Source of the DNA: Octopus sinensis
Lineage: Eukaryota
Assembly (NCBI RefSeq): GCF_006345805.1
Contig: NW_021834555.1
Coordinates: 1 to 50,290, forward strand
Length of the DNA stretch: 50,290 bases
Direction: 5' to 3'
The position numbers were made by a program, and so were the translations under genes. The notes under the pieces were generated by a model that saw nothing but the letters and a program-made list of their open reading frames with translations, had not been told where the DNA came from and did not search any database. Shown one piece after another: positions 11,471 through 24,153 of this stretch; the first letter of the stretch is position 1, and every line of letters starts with the position of its first letter.

Positions 11471-11979
11471 GTGAGGGATTGAACGAGAGGCAAACAACCT
11501 CTTATGTACAGTAGACTACAGAACGGACGAAAAGGAGGAGGAGGAGGAGGAGGAGGAGGAGGAGAAGACAAAGAAAAAGAAGAGGCAGCAGCATTAATAG
11601 TAGTAGTAGCAGCAGCAGCAGCAACAGCTTATATAATTATACAAAAGATGATATAAATCCGTACGGACGAAGTGGAAGTTGAAAGGAAGTACAATGATGT
11701 GAATGAGTATAACTTGTAAAATGAAACGCCATTGCAGTCAATTGTTTAAGCTTTACCTTGAATCCAATCGTCATAATTGGTGTCAGTGACCACCAACAGA
11801 CAGAAAGGTTAATTGTTTTAATGGCTATTACCTCATCAGACCATTTTAGAGATATTATCTGGAAATTGGACGGTCCAAGGGATGACAGAGTTTCCTCTCA
11901 ATTATCTTTAATTAACCGTTTAAAATATTGGTTTTTTTCTTTCCTTCTTAGCAGACAAAATTATATTGTTGTTATTGTT

Positions 11980-12125
11980 GTTGTTTAGCGTTCGCTTAGT
12001 ATGATCAAAAGCGTTCCAGCCGAGATCATTTAGCCGTTTATTCAGTCACAATGTATCTAGGATTACATCATCCAATGGTTGTGATTTGAGGGAGATTAAC
12101 CTGCTACTTTTACTACATCCCCAGA
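11980..12125 (+). mobile_element. Degraded interspersed repeat, sixth family
   Basis: 'tgatcaaa..cgttccagccgagatc...gtgatttgagggagatt..ctgctac' is similar to ~18100-18285 and to 12180-12260. Confidence 0.5.
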
Positions 12126-12979
12126 CTTTACAAAGGATTTGTCGGTGGTGGTCATGTTCGAAGATCCTGTTGGTGTTGTTATTTAGTCTCAGGTCGACCT
12201 TGAATTAAGAGACGTATTATCAAATTAGATGGCGTGGTCACGCTCCAGCCGTGACCAAATATCTAAGGTTACGTTATTCAATGTCCTTCCTTCTTTGATG
12301 TGTCAGTTGGGTGTGAGAGCAACTTCATGGAGGTTCCTCCAAGTTGGACGTTTTGTGACGTTCATCCATGTTCCAAAAGTGAAAACATTGCAATTCTCTT
12401 TACCACAAATTCTCACTTTCTCTATACCTCATTATTCCTCATCAAAAGCCATATCGGCTACCTCTGATGAGCTCAGGGTTACATAATCGTATTGCTACTA
12501 ACAGTCCGTTGAATACCTAATGCGAAACCGATGGGTAACATCGGCCGTAATGAATATATAATACTGTACACTTCGGATATTACATATATATCATCATCAT
12601 CATCATTTAATGCAACGATTGATCATCATTTCTTGTCTTTGATTTTACAGTGAAAGAGTTGGGGTGGGGGCTTCTCTGAACTTTTGAGATTTGCTTGATA
12701 GGGGTAAACTTTGATAACCACTTATCTATAATATTTACACAATTGATGACAATGATGATGATGATGGAGAGGAAGTGTGTATGTGTATGTGTGTGTGTGT
12801 GTGTGTGTGTGATGAAAGAGAGAGAGAGAGAGAGAGATGGACATACAGAACGATCGATCTATCGACAGATAGATACTTAATAGATAGATCACTGTATGTC
12901 AAACATCGAGAGGGTAACAGAAACTTAGATGTCTGTCTTTCAATGCAAACGGAGAGAAGAGCTGAGGTGTCTCGTGTGT

Positions 12980-13029
<50 letters not shown>

Positions 13030-13280
13030 TAGAGAGAGAGAGAGAGAGATGTTTTGTTTGTATGTTTAAAGAGAAAGTGAGAGGTGTTTGTATATAAGTC
13101 AACGGACAAGAAAAATAAAAGTGGGATATTTAAGTATGTTAAAGAGAGAATGGCGAGAGGGGTGTGAAGAATATGTATATGTGTGTGTGTGTGCGTGTAA
13201 GCGCGTATACAGACACATACAAAGACATACAGACAGACAGAAAGAAAAATAGACCCCACACACACACATGCACACACACA

Positions 13281-13319
<39 letters not shown>

Positions 13320-13872
13320 ATTATGAGTCGTGTTTACGACTAAAGAATGTTAAAGATTATTTGGTGGTTTATACACGAGACAGAATGGCATTGTTTGAAC
13401 TGGGCCAATATTAAATGGGTGTGTGCGCGCCCGCGATTTTGTTTATGCATATATAAGTATATGTATGTATATATGTATATATATATATATTATATATATA
13501 TACATACATATAAATATATGTGCGTGTGTGTCTGTGTATGTGTATATGTATAAATACAAACGTACATGTACGCACACACACACACACACACATATGTATG
13601 TATGTATTTATACATATATACACTCCGCTCCAGACACACATGTAGCGAGTGTGTCTCTATATACCATCAGGTGCCAACCATTTGCTATTTTGACCTATTT
13701 TACCAAATCAATAATCCTCCGATACTTTTTGACAAGCATGTTTAAACAATTTTTTAGGAATTTTAATAAAATTATTTGACATTTTTCATTTTGGCAGAAA
13801 ATATCAAATTTGTTTTTGCAGTAAATATTGTGTTTCTAATAAATGTTGTGTTGTGATCGTCATTCGTTTAAT

Positions 13873-14110
13873 CATTTACTTGTTTCAGTCATTAGACTGC
13901 GGCCATGCTGTTGCACTGCCTTGAAGGGTCCGGTCGAACACATCTATTCCAGAAATTATTTTAAAATCTGATACTTATTCTATCGGGTTCTTTTGCTGAA
14001 CCGCTAAGTTACAAGGACGTAAATGAACCAATACCGGTTCACAAGCGGAGGAGATGCAAACACAATTACAAAGACTCACATACACACTCACACATGTGTG
14101 TATTGTGTGT

Positions 14111-14158
<48 letters not shown>

Positions 14159-14345
14159 CAAATGACAGAAACAAGTAAAAGAAGTAAAGGAATATGTATA
14201 AATATATAACAGGTTTCCTCACAGTTTCCGTTTACCAAATTCATTCAAACAGCATTGGTCCAGCCGGGGCTATAACAAAAGACATGCCGTGGAGTGGGAC
14301 CGAATCCGAAACCGTGTAGTTGCAAAGCGAGCGTCTTAACTACAT
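13873..14345 (-). mobile_element. CORE-type SINE, older copy
   Basis: Both halves are recognisable around an internal (CA)n/(TA)n tract. Confidence 0.75.
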
Positions 14346-14872
14346 AGCTATAACTAAGAAATGCTGTGGCCCTTATGTTGTGACCCTTGTGTTTAGCAAA
14401 ACTTGTGTAGTGGCCCTTATGTCCTCATGGGTATATAACATGAGCATTTTACGGTTTATTAAATATTTCCTAAGTATAACATTTTAACTCTGTGACCCTT
14501 TCATAATTATACGGCAAACCAATTTGGGTCGCCCACAGCTCTCAGGGTGGGAACCCAAATTTTAAAGAGACAGAAGTGTGGTAACAACTACGGGTGCAGG
14601 GCTGTAACAGACGACAGTTTGAAGATATAAGGTTTAAATGTCATATGTTATTACTCTAGCTAATCCTTCAATTGTAATAAGGGTCATGGAGAAATTGGTT
14701 TCTTACTAAAGGCACCAAGCCAAATACATTAGAAGAAGGCGGGGAAATGGGTTGGGGGAAGTAGTGTTTTTATCTCTCTGAAAAAAGATTGACCTAAACA
14801 CACACCAGCTCTCTTGTAAGTCTATTACAACATCATTATACATACGTACACACCACACAACATACAACCACG

Positions 14873-14903
<31 letters not shown>

Positions 14904-15294
14904 TTCTATAGCCAACCCAAGATAATGTTAAAAGGACCTACAGAATCGTTCAGTTTGTTTGTCATAGTTACCAAATAACACTAAAATGATCTATTTATCA
15001 AATTTCAACCATCCCAGAAAAAACTTTCTTTCTTTCTTATTTTTTCCTTTTTCTTTGTTTAAAAAAACACATAACACACACACACACACACTCCACAGGC
15101 ACCACCAATATGGGAAGTTCTCAGTCTTATCATTAACGGTGCAAAACTGAGTGTTACCATTTTGGTTGATAAGTGATGAAGAATTAGGGAGCCTCCGTGT
15201 CTGTCTCCCGTCCCGTTGTACACTCACTATACGGATATGATTTGTTGTTGTTTATTTACAATGCATTTTTTCATTTATTATATATATATGTATA

Positions 15295-16249
15295 GGGGGA
15301 GAATTACAAAAAAATATAAAAAAGACGAAGTCAGGTGGTGTAGACAACAAACAGATGTATTAGTTTAACGCTCGGGAAGTGAAAAAGTCTTTAACGTTTC
15401 GAGCCTACGCTCTTCCACAGAAAGGAACACACAAAGAAACAAGAGAGAAAATAAAGAATGTGTAGTGAGTAGCGGTCTGTCATGGCGAATGCCGGACAGA
15501 GGGGTCACAGAGAAGAGCTAGGAAGAAGGGAAGATAATAAAGTAGTGGTGATCCCAAATCGCTGGTGCGCGTGCGTGTGTATAAGAGAGCATGTATGTGC
15601 GTGTGGAAGAGGGCTGGTGACCTTGACGTGTGCGTGTGTGCATGTGTGTGGATGAAGATGTGGGGCTGGAAAGTGGTCAGTACTAGTGTGTGCAATGTGG
15701 TATCATGGGATGTGGTGTTGTGTGGTATGGTAGTGGTGTGTGGTGTGGTGTCGTGGTGTGGGGATGTGGGAAGGCGAGAGTGGGGAAAGCAAAGATGGGG
15801 TGTGGGTTAGGCTAAGGGTGGGGTAGAGGTGGTGTATGTGGGAGTGGATTTAAGGGATGGAGTGGGATGGATTAGGAAGGTGGGTTTGGATTGTGTAGGG
15901 GTGGGGTTACGAGGGAGGGGTGACACTGAAGGGAGAGGGGAAGGGAGAAGGTGGGAAGGAGTGAAAAGAAGAGAGGAGAGTAAGAGTGAAGAGAAGAAGT
16001 AGGAGTCGGAGCAAGAGAGGTGGGTAGGAGGAAGTAGGTGTGAGAGGAGAAGGGAGGGGGGTTAGATGAAGAGGGGAGGAAGGTTGAGTCCATTTGGCGC
16101 AAAGGAGCGAAGAGAGAAGATAAATCCTTCACGGCGAAGGTGGGAGTTCGGATGGCCCTGTGTAAGGACAATCCGAACAAAGACAGGTGTTGCAAAGAGT
16201 GACTGGTAGAGAGGAAATGGCGCGAGACCGGAGTGTCATTGCCAAGTCG
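15295..16249 (-). mobile_element. Penelope-like retroelement 3' relic (GIY-YIG endonuclease C-terminus plus 3' terminal region)
   Basis: Minus-strand 16249-16083 reads LGNDTPVSRHFLSTSHSLQHLSLFGLSL, then after a frameshift QGHPNSHLRREGFIFSLRSFAPNGLN. This matches the PLE endonuclease end pattern PV.RHF...H...E..IF.L...P.GLN. The relic is cut at 16250 by a CORE SINE. Confidence 0.75.
15389..15424 (-). ncRNA. Minimal hammerhead-like motif at the PLE 3' end (non-canonical core)
   Basis: CTTT-CTGTGGA-A-GAGC GTAG GCTC-GAAAC GTT-AAAG: stems I and II pair, palindromic AACGTT replaces stem III, and A6 is U. Confidence 0.5.
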
Positions 16250-16692
16250 TGGTGAGTAGCTTGCTCACGAACTACATGGTTCCGGGTTCAGTCCTACTGC
16301 ATGGCACCTTGGGCAAGAGTCTTCTACTATAGTCTCGGGACGACCAAAGCCTTGTGAATAGATTTGGTAGACGGAAAGTGAAAGAAGTCCGTTGTGTGTG
16401 TATATATATATATATATGTATATATTATATATATATATATATATAATATATATATATATATATGTATATATATGTATGTGTGTGTATATGTATGTGTATG
16501 TGTTGTGTGTCTGTGTTTGTCCCCCCAACATCGCTCGAAAACCGATGGTAGTGTGTTTACGTCCCCGTAACCTAGCGGTTCGGCAAAAAAGACCGATAGA
16601 ATAAGTACTAGGCTTACAAAGAATAAGTCCTGGGGTCGATTTGCTCGACTAAAGGCGGTGCTCCAGCATGACCACAGTCAAATGACTCAAAG
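16250..16692 (+). mobile_element. CORE-type SINE, near full length
   Basis: tRNA head 'ggttccgggttcagtcctactgc', CORE, internal (TA)n/(TG)n and the 3' half. Confidence 0.9.
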
Positions 16693-16739
16693 AAGTATAT
16701 ATATATATACACACACATATAAATATACTTACATACACA

Positions 16740-16802
<63 letters not shown>

Positions 16803-17621
16803 TCCAAAATCTCTCGCTTTAAAATACACACACTTCTTTCTCATAAGTACCCAGCCCTCTCTAAACTATAGACAAATATTGATCCGTTTCACTCTTTCCT
16901 CCTCTCTCTCTTTCTCACACACCCGTTTACATTAACATTACTCTTCTCCACACAACAGTACATAAAATTATGTCGTTATTTTACTCTTCATTGATTTAAT
17001 GTGAAATTATTTCATATTAATGGCAAAACGGGTGGCAATTCCTTGTTTTATAGATGTTATTGTTATAAATATTATTGTTTATTCAGAAATGTACACAACA
17101 TAATATTGCTTTGTTATGTTAAATATTTCGATTATGTTTTCGATGTCGTTCCATAGTTGAGTTTGTTTAAAGTGTTACACTCAAACGCATGTCGTGACAT
17201 GTAAACTAATAATTTTGATATTTGAAATTCCTGTTTTTTTTTTTATTATTATTTCTTTTCATCATAAATACCCATATTTCTGTTTACAAATATTTCTTCT
17301 TTGTACCACCACCACCACCACCACCACCTCCTCCTCCTCCTCCTCCTCCAACACCACAACTAACGCCACCGCCGCTGCTGCGAGCACGGCGACGACTCGA
17401 CAACGACGACGACGATGATGACAACGAAATCATCCACCACACCACCACCACCACCACAGTAATACGATACTCAGGAATGTGGTTCCTATACAAAGTCACT
17501 ATTGGCTATCCCTTCACCCTCTCCCCCCCACCTATTCCGTTGACCGATATTCACTTGATAGCTCCTCGCTGATATCTCACCATATTCCACAGATTAATGT
17601 GTCTCTCTTGTTTGATAAAAG

Positions 17622-17687
<66 letters not shown>

Positions 17688-18897
17688 GCTAGCTAGCTAG
17701 CTAGCTATCTGTTTGTCTGTTTGTCTGTCTCTATGTATGTATGTATGTATATGTCTGTCGGTCTATCTGTCTGTTAGATGGGGAGTGTGTTCATGTGTGT
17801 GTGTGTGTGTGTGTGTGCGTGCGTGTGTATGTGCCTGCACATGTGTTGACCTGGGGCTAAACAACATCAACAACTATAGCAACAACAACTACATTCACTA
17901 AAGAAACGAAAACAACAGCAACAACACCAACAATGAAAAATCCATATTTCCCACCAATATCGCCCCCCCCTTACTCCAAATACTAACTTTCCCTCTAATT
18001 GTCCAAACTGAACATTTACTGTTCGTACTTCACTTCGATGTCCCAGTCAACGAGTGTGGAAAAGACTTCAGCAATGGCTTCTATTGCCGCCGCCGTCGTC
18101 GTTGTTGTTTAACCCTGAGCCACCAGTCCATGATCAAACATACCCAAACCGAGACCATTCCATCTTATTTTATGCAGATTTTACCTTGGACTTACATTAT
18201 AAAATATGTATTTCCTTTTGTGACCTTTCCATATTCAATATATTAGGTGTGATTTGAGGGAAATTTGGTTACTATTTCTAGAAGTTTGAGGTGCCTTCAT
18301 TGACTTTAGTAAAAGCCAAACAAATCACAAGATTTTTTTTTTTATATAAAGTTTTAAATTATCCTAAGTTCCGTACTGAAATGGTTTTCTTCCATTTAAC
18401 TTTCACGATTCTCACAGAGAATTAGGACGTAAGCATATAAACGCGTATTGTGTTTTGTTTTTTATATTCAGTCTGACAAGCCGACATTTCCCAAGAGAAA
18501 TTACTTATTTACATAATGTCTTGTATCAGTTTGAAAAAAAAAAAATTATTTTCCCATATATTTCATCGACATCACAGCAAATGGAGAAATTTGTTTCGAC
18601 AGATAAATACTTCCCGAAAAGACTAAGTTCTATTTGGATAAACAATTCCAATGTACGCAGTATTCACTATATTTCGAGAACAAAATTTCAAAATATCTTT
18701 AACTATCAACGATTTCTTTTGCTTCAAGCAACGATTTTCAATTTTTTTTTTTCACTGAAGACAAACAAAATATGTCTGCTGCTATTTCATATGGAAACTT
18801 AAAAACTAACAACTATATTTTCATGTTAACAATTTGGAGAAAAACGAAGAAATCTTATTGCTTATCTTGTTTTATTAATCATATCGGTGCATAACCC

Positions 18898-19075
18898 GTT
18901 TAGCTGGCGAGTTGGCAGAAACGTTAACACGTCGCACAAAAACACTTACCACATTTCTTCCGTTTCGTTGCGTTCTGCGTTCAAATTTCCTACAATCAAG
19001 TATCTACCATTGACAAGACCAAAATCACGATTTCCTTTTCATCCTTTTGGGGTCTATGCAATCGACCCCAATTAT
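18898..19075 (+). mobile_element. OK-like SINE, degraded
   Basis: Head 'ggcgagttggcagaaacgttaacacg' and body. Other partial copies at ~11235-11350, 19705-19790 (-), 21683-21778, 23415-23592, 26310-26435 (-), 26965-27245, 35660-35785 and 36560-36930. Confidence 0.7.
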
Positions 19076-20536
19076 TAGTCCACTGCATTAATTATGGAAG
19101 TATCGAGCTAGCTACGTTATATCTCAGGGCTACAATAGTCAATATGTAAAACGTCACGAAAGAAACTAAAATTTAGTAACATCCCATACACACACATGTA
19201 TATATAAAATCATAGACTGCCTGAGATTATATTTCGTCAGGAATATATTTGTTCATTCAGCTGACAATGATAACACTAATCCTGATTAAGATTTAATAAA
19301 TCTCACCAAGATACGTATCTCTTCCTGTTAATATTTCACGTGTCACCCCATGTTAAGATAACACAACTTAGATTATTATAGAAGTCACAATTTTTTCTCG
19401 AATGTTCCCAAAATACAAATGTATTACTGCGTTTCTCTTTATTACATTGTACCATTACATGTGTTCAAAGGTTTGTTAGCATCTCACAGTGGTTACGAGA
19501 ACTCTCTTCAAATGACTACTACATCTACTACCATCATTTATCACATTTTAAGCAGGGGTTCACTCTTTGTATTCATCCCTATTCATGCGTGACCCAGTTA
19601 TTACTCCAGTCGATGCGTCGCTCCATCTGATACGAGATCCCTGTTACCATTTCGCCGGCACCCAGAGGCCACGTTTTCCACCCTGAAGAAACCTGTGATA
19701 TTCTTTTCCACTCTAGGCACAAGACCCGAAACTTTTGGGAAGTGGGGTGGGGGCCAGTCGATTAAATCGACCCCAGTACGCAACTGGTGATATTAAATAA
19801 TATATGAAATCCTAACATTCGAAGCCAGAACTGATGCGACAAGACATCTCCCCATAGACATCACCAAGATAAATACAGAGAAACATGATTCTCAACTTTA
19901 TTACAAGAGTGTTTTCTGATTTTGCAGAGTAGTTAGAGCGTATTCGTTCTGGGTCTCTTAGCTCTGAGTTCAAATCCTATCGAAGTCAATTATACTTCTC
20001 ACCATTTCAGAGGCGGTTAAAAAAGTATCACTCCAAGATTAGTGATTGGTACTCGAATCCGAAAAATATGCTGCAGGAAATTTCGCCACAAAGAAGGCAC
20101 ACGAGCCGACTGTAAACTAAACAATTAATTTGAAAGAAATTACCCTTCTCTAATTGGAAGGTTGATTGATGAAGTCGCTATTTTAAGAAAACTACTAAGG
20201 TTTTTTTTTTCCAATGTAATATTTTGTTTTACGGTGAATTTTCCTATAAACATTAGCACCTTGGGTACCACCATATGGCACTTAGGTGGCCTTTATCAGA
20301 ATCCTCGGCGTTACGAGCACTGAAACCTAGTTTCCAATGTTAGCGTCTCTGTAAAGGGTCACGGGGTGTACAACAGACTTAAGAAGTTTACTTCGTAACC
20401 CCATGATTACCAGTACGACCCTATTGAGCGACATTTTGAACAAGTCGTTTTTGCAATAATTTCGGGTTCATCGGTGTCTTGTAATTGAAAGATGGAAACT
20501 GTACGGAACCTTTGTGTGTATGTGTATATATGCATT

Positions 20537-20572
<36 letters not shown>

Positions 20573-20583
20573 ATAATATATAT

Positions 20584-20628
<45 letters not shown>

Positions 20629-21323
20629 ATACTCATATATACATGTGTATATACATATGTATTTATATATATGTTATAAATATACTATGTGTGTTCATAT
20701 GTGTGAAATCAGTGCCTCATCTGTCGGTGCCTTTTGGTATTTCTGTCTCTAAAGTAATGTAACAATACTTAGGTGAACTTAGCCATTCAATAAATATAAA
20801 CTGATACAATGAATACCAGACCGATTTCGGATTGAGGGTCAACAGAAGAATTGATTGATAAATATTTGAAAGTGGAGCTGTAGCATGGCCGCACTTCAGT
20901 GATCGAAAGAGATAAAAACAGCAAAAGGGTGTGTATAGCTGATAAAAACCGGGTACGACATATTTTCGCAGACATCAGTTGAAATTTTATAACATAATGT
21001 TTGCGACATGTATGTATGTATGTATGTATGTATGTATGTATGTATGTATGTATGTATGTATGTATATATATATATATATTAATATGTAAAATAGTGGTGG
21101 GGGTGAGCAAATGACAAACAGTAAATTGAAAACAAAATGACTTCCTGTTTGTCTAAGACATTAATTTTTCTTTCTTTCTCTTCTCTGTTACAACAACAAC
21201 AGCAACAAGTAGAACAACAAAAACCACAAATATCCTTGAGTCGATTCATCGCTCCCTTGACGAGGAGTTATCTTTATTCTATGTTTATTCGAGAGTAAAA
21301 GGTCTGTAATAAGAGATTATATC

Positions 21324-21374
<51 letters not shown>

Positions 21375-21430
21375 TACATATTATATATATGTATATGTAT
21401 TGTATATATATATAGATATATGTGTGTGTG

Positions 21431-21462
<32 letters not shown>

Positions 21463-21589
21463 GGTTGTATAACGACATAATTTTACTACTCACTTAGAAG
21501 TGACACAGTTTGATTTTTAAAAATTTTTGGTGAGAGACTGATGGCTGAGAATTTGGGAAAACTTAAAATCCGGCTGTTTATTATTATTG

Positions 21590-21685
<96 letters not shown>

Positions 21686-21799
21686 CAGTGAGCTGGTAGA
21701 ATCGTTCGTGCATTGGACAAAATGTTTGCCACATTTCTTCTGGTTCTTTATTTTCTAAGTTCAAATCCTGTCAAGGTTCGCGTCCATATGACAACAGTC

Positions 21800-22462
21800 C
21801 AGTGGCGGCTTGTGTACAGGCACTGCGGATTTGCAGCACCCCCTATTTCCTCTCGATGTTATCGATAACATTCAATATAATGAGTCCTTTCTTTAATTCT
21901 TTCTTTACACTTGTACATTATATAATCCTTAAGCTTAATGTCAGTAGCCATCTCCTAGTTTATGTCAAATACAAAAATCCTTGTATAGAACTGTGCGCGG
22001 TGTTCGAGATAGGAAGCTGCACGTTAGGGAGAGAGAGTACTGTCGTTCACGCAGTGCCGTCCCTGGTGTGCTGGTGAAAGCTAGTGTTACTTTTTGACTC
22101 CGCGTATGTTGTACTTATAAAACTTGTTTATATTCTTGAACGTGATAAAGTATAGAATTAGATTATTATCCTGCTTCCAGCTACAGAGTTGCTGCCAGGA
22201 TTTGAAAAATAGGGCAGATTCCCCACCTTATTTTGTGATTTGCGGGGATTATTGAAAAACAAGGGAGAATTCGCGGCTGTGTTCAGTGAACAAATTAAAC
22301 ACACTACCCGGCAGTAGCTAAAACTCGAACCAATCAAGTTTATGTATAAATTTTCTTTTTAAATGTTTGTTTCCTTTTACACAATATATATATATAAAAA
22401 AAAAACGGCTAAAAATTTTCTGAAGCAGCACTCCTACTAATTATATCTACGAGTCGCCACTG
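21800..22462. mobile_element. 663-bp non-autonomous hAT element
   Basis: TIR CAGTGGCGGCTTGT / ACGAGTCGCCACTG (12/14); 8-bp TSD caacagtc (21792-21799) vs caactgtc (22463-22470). Confidence 0.8.
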
Positions 22463-22818
22463 CAACTGTCAATCCTTTCTCTCAACTATTTCCCCACCCT
22501 CTATTTCACAGTCATAATCTATAAATATTTACAAAGACAGCTAGTCATAAAAATACATATAACGACAGTATTACTATTGTCTTAGAGTATTTAAACATTC
22601 TATTAAAATCGTTTTTCTTATTTACATCTTCACATTCAAATCATAACGATATTAAAATTGATGCCCCGACTAAAAATAAGTATCAGCCAAGAACAGAGAT
22701 TGATATAACCATCTTAATAAAGGTATATCTGCTAGTAAAGGCACAAATGTTACATCTTCCCTGTTTCAGCCCCTAAAATATTCAGAATTTTCTTGCTTCG
22801 TTAATTTTCCTATAGATT

Positions 22819-22867
<49 letters not shown>

Positions 22868-23039
22868 TATACACACACACACATACACACACACATACAC
22901 ACACACGCGCACGCACATCTGGGAGAGGCGATGTCATTGTGCTATAAATGGAAATTATGTCATTGTGGTGAGAGTGATATGTTTGTTTAGTAAACATGAG
23001 GTACAAGTTTCGATCCCTGCCATTGGATTGGTCCATTAT

Positions 23040-23370
23040 CTTTTACTTGTTTCAGTCATTAGACTGCGTCCATACTGGGGCAGCGCGTTGAATCGACCCC
23101 ATTTCTTCTTTTTCGTTAAAACCTTGTGCTTATTCTATTGGATGCTTTTACCGAACCGCTAAGTCACAGGAAGATAAATACACCAATATCTGTTGTCAAG
23201 AGGTGATGGGGACCACACACACACACACATGACTGGCTTCTTTCAGTTTCCGTCTACCAAATCTACTTATAAAGTTTTGGTTATCCCGAGGCTACAGTAG
23301 AAGACACTTGCCACACAGTGGGACTGAACCTAGAACCATGTGGTTGGGAATAAAACTTCTTACCACATCA
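23040..23370 (-). mobile_element. CORE-type SINE
   Basis: Both halves present with a short internal (CA)n. Confidence 0.85.
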
Positions 23371-23784
23371 TGAATTAAAAAAAGAGGTGTGTGTGTGTGT
23401 GTGTGTGTAGAAGAAACAGCCGAGCATCAGTTGTGAGTTTGAATTATTTAAGTTGTGGCCACCGAGGTCGACTCTGCCTTTCATCCTTTCGGGCTCGATA
23501 AATTAAGTACCAGTTGAGTACTGAGGTCGACGTAATCGACTGACCCCTTCTCCCAAAATCTCAGGCCTTGTCCCTAGAGTAGAAAGGATTATTTAAATTA
23601 TGAGTTCGAAACGCTTCGGATTCCACTTGGCCCTCTAATCCCTCTTCTTTTCGCTGAGGATTAATAAAATAAACTACAGTTTCGTATCTTCCCCGTTTGG
23701 AATTGAACCCGGATTTTCCAGCACTCGGCTGATGCCTGTCGCTGATGGTTAGGATGGACTCACTTTGTATCTGACGCATGGATA

Positions 23785-24015
23785 CTCTTTTACTCTTTTA
23801 CTTGTTTCAGTCATTTGACTGCGGCCATGCTGAAGCACCGCCTTTAGTCGAGCAAATCGACTCCGGGACTTATTCTTTGTAAGCCCAGTACTTATTCTAT
23901 CGGTCTCTTTTGCCGAACCGCTAAGTGACGGGGACGTAAACACAATGCTAGGGGGACACACAACCCACACACACACACACACGCACCACACACACACACA
24001 CACACACACACAATA

Positions 24016-24061
<46 letters not shown>

Positions 24062-24153
24062 GACAGGCTTCTTTCAGTTTCCGTCTACCAAATCCACTCA
24101 CAAGGCTTGGTCGGGCCCCGGGCTATAGCAGAAGACACTTGCCCAAGATGCCA
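23785..24153 (-). mobile_element. CORE-type SINE, 5'-truncated, well conserved
   Basis: The 3' half closely matches the other young copies; CORE ends at 'cccaagatgcca'. Confidence 0.9.

Noticed and set aside
17222-17572. Poly-Pro/Asp/Thr ORF resembling a formin- or extensin-like segment
   Set aside because: Compound trinucleotide microsatellite open in several frames.
18047-18110. VNECGKDFSNGFYC resembling an EGF or zinc-finger start
   Set aside because: It runs into (GCC/GTC/GTT)n and a repeat; cysteine spacing is incomplete and there is no donor.
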